A stretch of 64,000 bases of DNA from Candidatus Cloacimonadales bacterium (GCA_963667035.1 OY762964.1:2240001-2304000); one strand, 5' to 3'; shown: positions 21,779-31,363, counted from the stretch's first letter. Translations and numbers: made by a program. The notes: generated from the letters alone by a model not told the origin.

Positions 21779-22551
21779 GCCCGTATGATTTACCTTTAGT
21801 AGTCGGTTTAATAGTTTTCGGAGCTGCTTTTGGCAGCTTTTTTAATGTTTTAGTTTATCGCCTTCCCAGAAAAGAATCAATAGTCTTTCCCGGATCGCAT
21901 TGTCCATCCTGCCAAAGGAAAATACCTATCTGGTTAAACATCCCTATCATAAGTTGGATATTACTGGGAGGTAAGTGTAAGTATTGCAAATCAAAGATTC
22001 ACTGGCACTACCTGATTCTTGAAATAGTTACTCCCCTGGTGTTTCTTGGAGTTTTCTTTGCCTTCGGTTCAGACAACCTGCTATTAATAGTCAAGTACTG
22101 CCTATTCTTCGGTCTTGGCTTAGTCATTTTCTTTATCGATCTCTTTGAGAGAATCATCCCGGATGTATTAAGCCTTCCTCTTATTGTAATAGGTTTAATC
22201 TTCTCCTTCTTACCCGGAAGTGACATATCGTGGCAAAGTTCCCTGTTAGGTGGGGCAATCACATTTGGCTTCTTTTATCTAATTGGACTCTGGTATTACT
22301 TCACTCGTAAGAAAGAAGGAATGGGCGGAGGAGATATTAAATACATTGCTGCAGTGGGCACATTCTTCGGTCCTATGAATAGTCTATTCGTGATTATAGT
22401 TTCATGTGCGGTAGCCCTTGTAGTAATGTTACCTCTCTTAAAATTCAAAAAGGAATACTTCCCCTTTGGTCCTTTTATTGTTATCGGAGCCTATATTGTC
22501 ATGCTCTTTCATGACAGCTTATTCTCTGCCGTAACTTACATATCATATTAG
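21775..22551 (+). CDS. pilD: Prepilin peptidase (A24)
   Basis: GSFFNV..YRLP, SHCPSC, GKCKYC, GMGGGDIK, FPFGPF. Confidence 0.9.
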   Translation: MSPYDLPLVVGLIVFGAAFGSFFNVLVYRLPRKESIVFPGSHCPSCQRKIPIWLNIPIISWILLGGKCKYCKSKIHWHYLILEIVTPLVFLGVFFAFGSDNLLLIVKYCLFFGLGLVIFFIDLFERIIPDVLSLPLIVIGLIFSFLPGSDISWQSSLLGGAITFGFFYLIGLWYYFTRKKEGMGGGDIKYIAAVGTFFGPMNSLFVIIVSCAVALVVMLPLLKFKKEYFPFGPFIVIGAYIVMLFHDSLFSAVTYISY

Positions 22552-22561
22552 GAAATAAATC

Positions 22562-23584
22562 ATGACTAATTACACTTTTGGGAGTGACAATCACTCTTCA
22601 GTTCACCCTCGTATCTTTGAATACCTCAATGAGATAAATAAAGGTGACGATAAAGCCTACGGTTATGACAAAGTAACCGAGAAAGCAAAAGCCTTGTTCA
22701 AGAAAGAATTCGGCGTCGATACAGAGGTCTTTTTCGTATTCAATGGCACAGGAGCAAACGTGCTTGCAATACGTTCCTTTCTTCAACCCTTTCAAGCTGT
22801 TATATGTGCCGACACTGCTCACATTAATTGCGATGAAGGCGGTGCTCCTGAATTCATAAATGGAGTTAAGCTCCTGACCTTACCTAACAAAAACGGTAAA
22901 CTTACCCCTGAGCTAATAGCTTCCAGACTGCATGACAGAGGTGATGAACATCACAATGAACCTGCTTTAGTCTCAATTACTCAATCCACTGAGTTAGGAA
23001 CTCTATATACATTACAAGAGCTTAAAGAGATTACCTCTTTCTGTCATAAGCATAATCTGCTTGTACACATGGACGGAGCACGAATTTCCAACGCTGCTAC
23101 TGCTCTTAACTGTACTTTTAAGGAACTGACAACCGACGTTGGGATTGATGTTCTAAGTTTCGGTGGAACAAAGAACGGACTCATGATGGCAGAAGCAGTA
23201 GTATTTCTTAATAGCAGAGCTCCTAAATGGATAAAGCATTTAAGAAAGCAGAATATGCAATTAATGTCCAAGATGAGATACATATCAGCTCAGTTCATTC
23301 CCTATTTTGAAGAGAAGATCTGGCGTTCAAATGCATTAAAAGCGAATCATTCGGCAAAGAACCTAAAAGATAAACTCACATCTATAGGGCTTAAAGTCAC
23401 ACGTCCGGTCGAGGTTAATGCTGTTTTCTGTAGAATTCCAAAGGCAATGAAAGAGAAAGTTCTACCTCACTACTTTTTCTATACTTGGGATGAGGAGCAG
23501 GACGAAGTTAGGTTAATGTGTTCATTTACGACCAAAGAGAGTGATATTGATAAGCTGATTGAGTTACTCAAGCAATACAAATAA
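22562..23584 (+). CDS. ltaE: Low-specificity L-threonine aldolase
   Basis: FGSDN, NGTGAN, STELGT, HMDGAR, SFGGTKNG. Confidence 0.88.
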   Translation: MTNYTFGSDNHSSVHPRIFEYLNEINKGDDKAYGYDKVTEKAKALFKKEFGVDTEVFFVFNGTGANVLAIRSFLQPFQAVICADTAHINCDEGGAPEFINGVKLLTLPNKNGKLTPELIASRLHDRGDEHHNEPALVSITQSTELGTLYTLQELKEITSFCHKHNLLVHMDGARISNAATALNCTFKELTTDVGIDVLSFGGTKNGLMMAEAVVFLNSRAPKWIKHLRKQNMQLMSKMRYISAQFIPYFEEKIWRSNALKANHSAKNLKDKLTSIGLKVTRPVEVNAVFCRIPKAMKEKVLPHYFFYTWDEEQDEVRLMCSFTTKESDIDKLIELLKQYK

Positions 23585-23597
23585 ATTTTATATACAT

Positions 23598-23683
23598 TAA
23601 AATAAAGTTGAGGGGTTACCGGGAGGTAACCCCTCAACTTGTGAGGGCATTTATGTAGGGTATGTAGGGATCACTAAAAACAC
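23598..23683 (-). ncRNA. Candidate ~85-nt small RNA with CCCUAC repeats
   Basis: Minus-strand TTGCAT-16-TATAAT (23717-23690), CCCTACATA x2, ends in 16-bp hairpin plus U-rich tail. Confidence 0.5.
23605..23640. terminator. Strong hairpin, probable bidirectional terminator
   Basis: AAGTTGAGGGGTTACC-ggga-GGTAACCCCTCAACTT. Confidence 0.8.
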
Positions 23684-23762
23684 ATACATATTATAACCTC
23701 ATAATCCTAATATGCAAAAAAAAATAATTTGACGATTTTATAATTATCTTAAGAGTTATGGC

Positions 23763-24047
23763 ATGAGAAAAGATAATTCTTTAAAAGAAAGCACAATACT
23801 AGTGATTGTCATGGTTGTCATTATAGCCATCTTCACTCTTGTCGGTTATTGGGACTCTATAGGAGAGAGAACTATTAAGGATAGAGAGGAATACTATCGC
23901 CGTGCCGATGCTATGGAGAAGAAGATGGAACGTATGCGTAAGGAGAATATTGACACCATTGGCAATACTGGTAGTGTTAACGATAATGTAAATCCTAAAA
24001 TGAAGCTTTCTGACTTAGAGAAAGAACGCCCTAAATCCGATAGATAG
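23763..24047 (+). CDS. Hypothetical single-TM protein
   Basis: N-terminal hydrophobic helix; upstream TTGACG. Confidence 0.6.
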   Translation: MRKDNSLKESTILVIVMVVIIAIFTLVGYWDSIGERTIKDREEYYRRADAMEKKMERMRKENIDTIGNTGSVNDNVNPKMKLSDLEKERPKSDR

Positions 24048-24051
24048 AACT

Positions 24052-24471
24052 ATGCATCGAAGAAGAAACGTATCACTTATTAGGTCATTGGTTATTATCG
24101 CCATTATTCTTAATGTACTACTTACCATTTTCCATGTTCTGGTTATGGTAAAAGTAATCCCTTACAATATGGTTTGGGGTGGTAGAATATCCACATTTGA
24201 TGAAGCCATACAGATGGAGACAGCATCAATTATCGGGACTATCATTATAATCCTCATCACTTCGGTGGGTTTGTCAAAAAGAATTATCAACAGGACGAGT
24301 CGTTATTCCTACCAATACAAGCTTTCATTATTAGCTATCTCAGCTTTCTTCGGATTCAATATGCTATCAAACTTCGCTTCCGACAACAGCTTCGAGAAGA
24401 TGATATTTATACCTTTGACATCAGTATTCATTCTACTTTACCTAAGTATCTATAGATTATTAAGAAAATAG
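24052..24471 (+). CDS. Hypothetical 4-TM membrane protein
   Basis: IPY.MVWGGR motif, four hydrophobic segments. Confidence 0.7.
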   Translation: MHRRRNVSLIRSLVIIAIILNVLLTIFHVLVMVKVIPYNMVWGGRISTFDEAIQMETASIIGTIIIILITSVGLSKRIINRTSRYSYQYKLSLLAISAFFGFNMLSNFASDNSFEKMIFIPLTSVFILLYLSIYRLLRK

Positions 24472-24530
24472 AAACATTTCGTTTTTCTTCTTGACATGCT
24501 AAAAGCAGAAGAAATTTATGTACTCATCTT

Positions 24531-24607
<77 letters not shown>

Positions 24608-24858
24608 GTTTTTAGGGAACCCATGGTTCCCTTTTCTTTTTCTCTCCCCTATTAATCCTTATTTAACTATTATCATGGACAAAGAATATTATTTAAAGAT
24701 TGACCTTCAAAAACTAATCTAATTCATACTATATATACCTAAATCTCTACATGTCTTTTTTGTTTGACAAAGGACAGCGTAGAAATATTTGGAATGTAAT
24801 TCAGGATTAATCCTTTTCATCCCGATTATAATTACTAATATAGATTAAGGGAGAACAA

Positions 24859-26064
24859 ATGCCGGAACAACAACGCATTTTAGTCATCAATTGCGGGAGC
24901 TCTTCCCTCAAGTACGAAGTTTACCGTATGCCTGACAAAGTAAGTTTAGGCAAAGGTTTAGTTGAGCGTATAGGCTTGGATGAAGGTAAAATCACTCAAA
25001 AAACTGAAAATGGCAATTATGAAAAGGTTCAGCCAATTCCCGATCATGCCGAAGCAATGAAACTTGTTTCTGCCGCTCTTGTGGATAAAGAGCTTGGAAT
25101 GTTGAACTCTATTGATGAAATCACAGGTGTAGGACACAGAGTTGTGCATGGTGGTGAAGATTACTCTGAGTCTGTTATTATAAATGATGCCGTTATTAAA
25201 GCTATCGAAGAAAACTCAGAGCTTGCTCCTCTGCACAATCCTGCTAACCTTACGGGTATTCGTGAAGCAATAAACATGCTTCCCGAAGTTAAGCAGGTTG
25301 CTGTTTTTGATACCGCTTTCCACCAGACAATGCCACCATCTGCATACTTATACGGAATTCCCAGAGAACTCTATAACAAGTATAAAATCAGACGTTACGG
25401 ATTCCACGGGACCAGTCATCGCTTTGTTGCAGGTGAGGCATTGAAGATGCTCAAAAGAGTTCCTGACAACACCAATATGATTACTTGTCATTTAGGGAAT
25501 GGAGCTTCTATCACCGCAATCCAGAGAGGACAATCCATAGATACCTCTATGGGTTTCACTCCGCTTGAAGGTCTGCTTATGGGCACCAGAAGCGGTGATT
25601 TAGATCCTAGTATCATTCCTTATTTAAATGACAGAGGTTACAGTGTTGAGGAGATTAACGCTATGCTCAATAAGAAGAGCGGACTTCTAGGGTTAAGCAC
25701 AATCTCAAGTGATTTAAGAGATGTGGAAGAAGCTGCCGAGAACGGAGACGAGAACTCACAACAGGCTCTGGAAGCTTTTGCATATAGAGTACGTAAGTAT
25801 ATTGGTGCTTATTCCGCCAATCTCGTTAGAGTTGATGCTATTGTTTTCACCGGTGGAATCGGTGAACATGCTATCAAGATGAGAAGAAGAATCTGCCGTA
25901 ACCTTCAGAATATCGGTATTCACATGAGCAAAGAGCTCAACCAACAGGTGGGACATGGTACCGGCGTTATCTCCGAGCCATATTCACCAACCCAAATTTT
26001 AGTTATTCCAACAAATGAAGAACTGCAAATTGCATGTGACAGTTATGACCTGATTTTCGGTTAG
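24859..26064 (+). CDS. ackA: Acetate kinase
   Basis: INCGSSSLK, GHRVVHGG, APLHNP, FDTAFH, YGFHGTSH, FTGGIGE. Confidence 0.96.
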   Translation: MPEQQRILVINCGSSSLKYEVYRMPDKVSLGKGLVERIGLDEGKITQKTENGNYEKVQPIPDHAEAMKLVSAALVDKELGMLNSIDEITGVGHRVVHGGEDYSESVIINDAVIKAIEENSELAPLHNPANLTGIREAINMLPEVKQVAVFDTAFHQTMPPSAYLYGIPRELYNKYKIRRYGFHGTSHRFVAGEALKMLKRVPDNTNMITCHLGNGASITAIQRGQSIDTSMGFTPLEGLLMGTRSGDLDPSIIPYLNDRGYSVEEINAMLNKKSGLLGLSTISSDLRDVEEAAENGDENSQQALEAFAYRVRKYIGAYSANLVRVDAIVFTGGIGEHAIKMRRRICRNLQNIGIHMSKELNQQVGHGTGVISEPYSPTQILVIPTNEELQIACDSYDLIFG

Positions 26065-26165
26065 ACTCAAGAAAAGGTAGAAAACAAGGTTGCATTTCTG
26101 CAACCTTTGTCTTTTAAGACTAATCTAAGTTATGTCACCGGTTAGTTTTGACTATGAGTAGTCAG

Positions 26166-26202
26166 CAAAAAGCCCTCCTTTCATTTGAAAGGAGGGACTT
26201 TT
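26166..26202. terminator. Terminator between convergent ackA and 153-aa gene
   Basis: CCCTCCTTTC-attt-GAAAGGAGGG flanked by A/T tracts. Confidence 0.75.
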
Positions 26203-26205
26203 GTT

Positions 26206-26667
26206 TTAGCTTCCGTTATAGCTATTGGTTAAATCATCGTACTTATTGACCTTTGGAAGGAATCCGTTATCAATTGCTTCTTTAACGGTCTTAACTCCGA
26301 TATCAAGCAACTGAATATCTGCGAATGTGATTGTTCTCAAGTCAATCGTCGGATCATCTTTATGAACGCTCCACCACATTTTACTGTAAAGAGCATAGTA
26401 AGTTGGTGGAACAGCATACTGATCTACGACATCGGTTTTGTATCTCAAACAATATGTTTTCAAATCATCCATCCAACCTGCATCAAAACTGTCATAGACG
26501 ATTCCCAGGTTTGTTGCGATCAGACCAATTGTTTGGTTTTGCTGAGAATAAGGTGGCTCAGCGTACTCTTTGGCTATACAGACTGCATCATCATGCAAAG
26601 CTGCATAGGTTGTTTTGTCACGGGTTCCGCTCCATGCAAGGAACGGGAAACACATTTTCACTTTCAT
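26206..26667 (-). CDS. Hypothetical 153-aa protein, paralogue of 31634..32083
   Basis: SD AGGAGG; shared MKVK start, DDL..Y, KM...., P.IDL.TIT, T..AI/V.N..LP.V..Y..L. Confidence 0.8.
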   Translation of the reverse strand: MKVKMCFPFLAWSGTRDKTTYAALHDDAVCIAKEYAEPPYSQQNQTIGLIATNLGIVYDSFDAGWMDDLKTYCLRYKTDVVDQYAVPPTYYALYSKMWWSVHKDDPTIDLRTITFADIQLLDIGVKTVKEAIDNGFLPKVNKYDDLTNSYNGS

Positions 26668-26690
26668 TATAGACCTCCTGGTCAGTTGTA

Positions 26691-26984
26691 CTTATTAAGG
26701 ATCCGGGTAACATACTGGGTACGCGAACATCCCTGTTCGCATCTACCGGGTCTGCGAGCTTCCGGCTCGCTTTACCGGGTGTCCCGACATCCTGTCGGGA
26801 TTTCCGATTTCTCCGACTTCCGGTCGGGAGAAGGGAGCCGGCAAGATGCCGGCGTACCCAGTACTCGGACTCCCTTAATAAGATGTTGAAGGATCTGTCA
26901 GTAACTACCACTGACGAGTAATTGGCTACATTACCGGTCTTCAATGCATTGGATTATTACCGGGTACGCAGGCATCCTGCCTGC
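26691..26984. repeat. GC-rich REP-like hairpin cluster (six TACYGGGT + hairpin-type units, one degenerate)
   Basis: Units at 26713, 26744, 26773, 26801 (degenerate), 26837-26863 (inverted), 26958; outer CTTATTAAGG/CCTTAATAAG inverted repeat (26691-26700 / 26873-26882). Confidence 0.8.
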
Positions 26985-27038
26985 ATTTCCCATAAATTTT
27001 ATTATAAACTCTCATTTGTTTTTCATCCTCTATACTTA

Positions 27039-27070
27039 TATATAGGAATAAAAATGGGATTTGAGGAATA
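27039..27070 (-). promoter_or_regulatory. Conserved 32-bp motif, copy 1 (inverted relative to 31517..31548)
   Basis: Reverse complement TATTCCTCAAATCCCATTTTTATTCCTATATA, 31/32 identical to copy 2. Confidence 0.8.
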
Positions 27071-27232
27071 GAGGTGTGATATTTTCTCAATTGTTTGTTA
27101 TAAAAATAACTTTGCACTAAGAATGCTGTTTATGATTTACTCCAAGCTTTCTTTTGTTATAATTGTCTATTGACAACGATTTTATTTCTTTGTACAAGGG
27201 TTTATATGAAATTAGATTTATAGAGGAATCAT

Positions 27233-27967
27233 ATGGAATACAATGTTTACTGTGATGAGAGTTGCCATTTATTAAATGATGGAATTAGAGCCATGGTTTT
27301 AGGAGCTGTGTGGTGTCCCAAAGATAAAGTAAAAGAAATCAATCGTAAAATAAGGGATATTAAGCTGAAGAATGGCTTCAATCCCAAAGCTGAAGTTAAG
27401 TGGACTAAAGTATCCAATGGTAACATCGATTTATACAAATCACTAATTACATTTTTCTTTGAGGAATCCGACTTGCATTTTAGAGCAGTTGTTATTCCCG
27501 ATAAAAATGTTTTAGATCACACAAGTTACAATCAAACCCATGATGATTTTTACTATAAGATGTATTTTGTTATGCTAAATCAAATTTGGGATCCTGACTC
27601 ATCTTACAATGTTTACTTAGATATAAAAGATACTCAGGGCTATGAAAAGGTTAAGCTGTTAGAACATATTTCAAGAACTAAACAATACGACTATACTGGT
27701 AGTATGATTTTGAAATTGCAGCAGATACGTTCCCATGAATCAGAAGTTTTACAGATAACTGATTTGTTAATCGGGACATTGGGATACATACATAGAAGTT
27801 TAGAGACAAGTAACGCAAAGTTAGAGTTGATTAGAAATGTTAAATCGCATCTACATGATATGAACAGAAGTTATTCATTACTCCGAAGTACCTATTTAAA
27901 AGAGTCAAAATTCAATATGTTAGTTTGGGAACCTAGTTTCAATAATGAAGGTCAACCATGTTTGTAG
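27233..27967 (+). CDS. DUF3800 domain protein
   Basis: N-terminal VYCDES, E.KW.K, YLD, C-terminal LQITD (QxxD). Confidence 0.85.
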   Translation: MEYNVYCDESCHLLNDGIRAMVLGAVWCPKDKVKEINRKIRDIKLKNGFNPKAEVKWTKVSNGNIDLYKSLITFFFEESDLHFRAVVIPDKNVLDHTSYNQTHDDFYYKMYFVMLNQIWDPDSSYNVYLDIKDTQGYEKVKLLEHISRTKQYDYTGSMILKLQQIRSHESEVLQITDLLIGTLGYIHRSLETSNAKLELIRNVKSHLHDMNRSYSLLRSTYLKESKFNMLVWEPSFNNEGQPCL

Positions 27968-28452
27968 ATTGGTTACCTGAGCTGTTAGATGAAACTCAGT
28001 TTGATAATGAGCACGAGCTAATTGAGTTTGCATATCAAATATATTTAAAGTTATATGTTCTAAGTAAACCTCAATATAATGGTATCATGGTTAATGTTAG
28101 ACGAGTTCCTTATCTTGGTAACAGAGATCAAGCATTTTACCATCTGACAACATCAAGTAAAGGTGAGACTGAAGAACAAAGAAAACCTGACATTGAAAGA
28201 TGTAAAAGAATTAGATTTCCTAAAAGCATAATTGAAAATTCCAGTGATGAAGATATACTGGTTTGGCAAAACAAAAGAGGAAGTCGAAGAAATACATTGA
28301 TGTGGTTGAAAGAATTAGATTACTTAGTGGTACTTAAAAATGGAAATGGATATTACATTCTTACAACTGCTTATATAATTACTTTCAAACATACAAGAAA
28401 GAAACTGATAACAGAATATGAAGCGTATATAAAAGCAAAGGTCGCGAATTAG
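27958..28452 (+). CDS. Hypothetical protein, probable RelE/PBECR-like RNase fold
   Basis: FYHLT, R.PD..RC.RI.FPK.II, YLVVL, ILTTAY; overlaps DUF3800 stop. Confidence 0.65.
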   Translation: MFVDWLPELLDETQFDNEHELIEFAYQIYLKLYVLSKPQYNGIMVNVRRVPYLGNRDQAFYHLTTSSKGETEEQRKPDIERCKRIRFPKSIIENSSDEDILVWQNKRGSRRNTLMWLKELDYLVVLKNGNGYYILTTAYIITFKHTRKKLITEYEAYIKAKVAN

Positions 28453-28491
28453 GCGACCTCGATACTCCTTCTACACATGGCAGATGAGCTA
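28428..28491 (-). ncRNA. Candidate DUF3800-associated small RNA, convergent with and overlapping the 3' end of the 164-aa gene
   Basis: Minus-strand TTGACA(28524-19)-16-TAAATT; stem GCUC-a-UCUGC/GUAGA-ag-GAGU pairs fully only on the minus strand (G-U); terminator AGGUCGC/GCGACCU + UUGCUUUU. Confidence 0.65.
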
Positions 28492-28660
28492 ATTACAATT
28501 TATTCATAATCATGAATCTGTCAAATTATTCTTTTTCCCCGCTTTCGGAATTCTATTTTCTAAATCTAAAATATAAAACTAATCGAATTTCCGAACCACA
28601 AAAACTAAACAATAGTGAAATTTGCATTTTAATCAGTTTCGGATTAGTTCAAATTTGTCG

Positions 28661-30151
28661 TTAATCATTTGAAGTCATCTCAACAGATTTACTAGTAATA
28701 CATTTTTCCAATATAGGGTTTATAAAACATTTTGGATTGAGAAACAGGAACGATAATGATATATATATAATACTCCATAGAATTAAAACTGTTTTAAATG
28801 TGGATTTTGTACTTCCAGTATATTCTTTTATATATTCGTTTACTTTATCTTTATGCATAAAGCTTTTCGTATGTGTAGCCCATGCTTTAGTATTTTTATT
28901 GAGTTTGCTGTATTCGAGGATGTTGATTGTACCTTGAGCAATTAAGCTAAAAATTAAATACAAGCCTATCCCTTTTATAAAAAAGGGTAGAAATTCACTA
29001 TCAAGTATGTTTGTAGATTCGAGTATCTTACTACTAATATTGAACCCAACGAAGAAAGCTATTGCGATGATATCTCTTATCAATCCATTTATAAGAACAT
29101 GAATCTGTTCAAAATACTTAGTTGCAGTATCTTTTAAATCTGACAAAAAAGCTCTTTTCTCAAGTTCAAATTCTGATCTTAGATCACTTATGAAGTACTC
29201 AAATTCCTCGGTACACTGTAATAGAATTGACTCAGCATTTTGAGCTAATTCACTTGGAAATGCTTTCGTTTTATCAATAATTAAACTTATTCTATCTCTT
29301 ACAAGTTTAAGTCTGGTTTCTTGTTTGTCTTGATATGCCCATCCTACTAGTTTCGCAAGAGAATTAACTTCATGTAACGTTACTTTATCATACTCCCCAC
29401 AAATTATTTTTACTTCAACAAAAGTTTTACCTTTTATCAATGCATTTCCATTACTATCCAAAGTATTAATAAAAGGTAGAGACAATGCTTCGGTGCATTT
29501 TAATAAGAACATTGCATGCAAAGGGTCTGTTTCATTTAATTTGATTGGAACAAAAAACGGTATGTTGAAATAACTGTTGTTCATCACATGAACATAATCT
29601 TTTATTTGTAAATCTGAGGGATACTTTGTTCGTATATTGGTTGAGAATTCAATTGAAGAACTACTTGACTTTAATGGTATGAAGCGACACTGCTCTGTAT
29701 GCAGTGCTTCAGATAAACCGTTTACGAATATTACAATATTTTCTTTTTTAATAAAGCTATTTATACTAGAAGCAGGATTTAAAGCAGAGAGCCACTTGAG
29801 AAATGAATCATAAAGAACAAAGTAGAATACACAATGATTATTCTTAGCCTCAATCAGCTTATTCGATTTTTTAATATAAATAACTCTCCAGGATCGAATA
29901 GGCTCAAGTAATATATCTAAACTTTCTATATTACAACCTTGACCATTTACATCTATAGTCAATTTTCCAAGGTCACTATTCTCTAGAAGTTCATTTAGTC
30001 CTTTTAACTGCTGAATTAAATTTGGAAAATTAAGTCCAGAAATATCAATTTCTTCTATGGTTTCATTTACTTTGTTACTGTGATTAGCAAAAATAGAGAA
30101 GTAATCGCAAATTGATCGTAATATTGACAGTGACAATTTATGATTTTTCAT
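28661..30151 (-). CDS. Hypothetical protein with ~3 C-terminal TM helices
   Basis: 496-aa ORF overlapping upstream gene by 4 nt; hydrophobic segments in last 150 aa; AT-rich. Confidence 0.8.
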   Translation of the reverse strand: MKNHKLSLSILRSICDYFSIFANHSNKVNETIEEIDISGLNFPNLIQQLKGLNELLENSDLGKLTIDVNGQGCNIESLDILLEPIRSWRVIYIKKSNKLIEAKNNHCVFYFVLYDSFLKWLSALNPASSINSFIKKENIVIFVNGLSEALHTEQCRFIPLKSSSSSIEFSTNIRTKYPSDLQIKDYVHVMNNSYFNIPFFVPIKLNETDPLHAMFLLKCTEALSLPFINTLDSNGNALIKGKTFVEVKIICGEYDKVTLHEVNSLAKLVGWAYQDKQETRLKLVRDRISLIIDKTKAFPSELAQNAESILLQCTEEFEYFISDLRSEFELEKRAFLSDLKDTATKYFEQIHVLINGLIRDIIAIAFFVGFNISSKILESTNILDSEFLPFFIKGIGLYLIFSLIAQGTINILEYSKLNKNTKAWATHTKSFMHKDKVNEYIKEYTGSTKSTFKTVLILWSIIYISLSFLFLNPKCFINPILEKCITSKSVEMTSND

Positions 30152-31212
30152 TTATCTAATTGGGGTAGGTCATCTGAGTAAATTTCTATATGGTATAATC
30201 CATCTTCAGATCTTTTATTTGGCAATATAATCCCTCTTGCCACAGGATCTCCTTCCCAAATTATACTAACATTTTTACTAGTTTTCATCTTACTCTTTTT
30301 TTCTGTTCGTAATACTGCAGGTTTTGGAGAGAACGTATGAGATTCTGAAATACCATTCTCTACAAGATTAGCATAAAGAGATCCTTTCAATTTGTTCTTC
30401 CGTGCTTTGTTGCTTGGGTCAAAAACTATCATTTCTACAAACTCATCTGTATCGAAAGTGTCGTGTGTATCTAAGTATTTAATTGCCCTTGCTTTATAGG
30501 TTCCAGCATTCTCTTCTGGTGGAGTATCATGCTTATCATTAGCCCAATTAATAACTGAACGAACAGCTTTTCGTGTCCAATATGCATCGTTTTCTCGTAA
30601 CTGAACACCAAGAAAATTTAAAAAATAGTCAGCAATATCATTACTTCTTTGGGCTGCAAGAACATCCCACTTAAACGTGTTTGAGACATCAATCAGTGCA
30701 ACTTTTTGTATTGCATGCTTACTTTCAATGAAAGTATTTAATATTTCCTTTAAAATTGCTTTCTTCCCTTCTGTAGAGTTAATTGTTTCCCATTGGATTA
30801 CAGTCGTATGATCCATTTTGATAAGTGATAAAAGCTTACACTTCCTCCCATTGGTTATTACTGAAATTAATGCAACAATCAGAACACCATCACTAACATT
30901 ACCTTTATGGTGTTTATAAAATGATTTAGTAATGTCTTTTGACACATCAACAAAGTCATTCCCATTTTTAACTATTTTTTCTGTCCATTGTTGAAGTTGA
31001 GGTTGCACATCACCAGAATTAAAAAATACATACTGGGTTCCGTTACTTGATTCTTTAATTCTCTGCTTAAAAAAATTTGTTTCTTTTATACCAATTTCAA
31101 CTTCGTACAGATATTCTGGTTCAGGGAGAGATTTAATGATAATATGAAAAATAAATCTCTCAATTTGTAAGCTCTCTTTTTCTGCTTTCGTTAAACTACT
31201 TTCTTTATACAT
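30148..31212 (-). CDS. Nucleoid-associated protein YejK/NdpA (NA37)-like
   Basis: I..FIFHII, F...SK.I...F, G.LIV, LIKMD, IQK.ALID, ADYFLNFLG; SD GGAGG before ATG 31212. Confidence 0.65.
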   Translation of the reverse strand: MYKESSLTKAEKESLQIERFIFHIIIKSLPEPEYLYEVEIGIKETNFFKQRIKESSNGTQYVFFNSGDVQPQLQQWTEKIVKNGNDFVDVSKDITKSFYKHHKGNVSDGVLIVALISVITNGRKCKLLSLIKMDHTTVIQWETINSTEGKKAILKEILNTFIESKHAIQKVALIDVSNTFKWDVLAAQRSNDIADYFLNFLGVQLRENDAYWTRKAVRSVINWANDKHDTPPEENAGTYKARAIKYLDTHDTFDTDEFVEMIVFDPSNKARKNKLKGSLYANLVENGISESHTFSPKPAVLRTEKKSKMKTSKNVSIIWEGDPVARGIILPNKRSEDGLYHIEIYSDDLPQLDK

Positions 31213-31363
31213 AGCTCCTCCATAATTATGATGTGGTTTCCACATAACTTATTTAATAAAAATAAACTACTACTTAAAAGTCAAGTGAATATCTAAATCG
31301 TAATATGTTCATATGTTAGACACATATCTCTTTTAGGGAAACAGAATATCAATTTGTTATCCA

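Noticed and set aside
26713..26863. Hairpin cluster as a CRISPR array
   Set aside because: Units are adjacent with no spacers, differ in sequence, and one is inverted
26331..26944. ORFs 26331..26672, 26362..26889 and 26618..26944
   Set aside because: Antisense to the SD-supported 153-aa gene or running through the GC-rich repeat cluster
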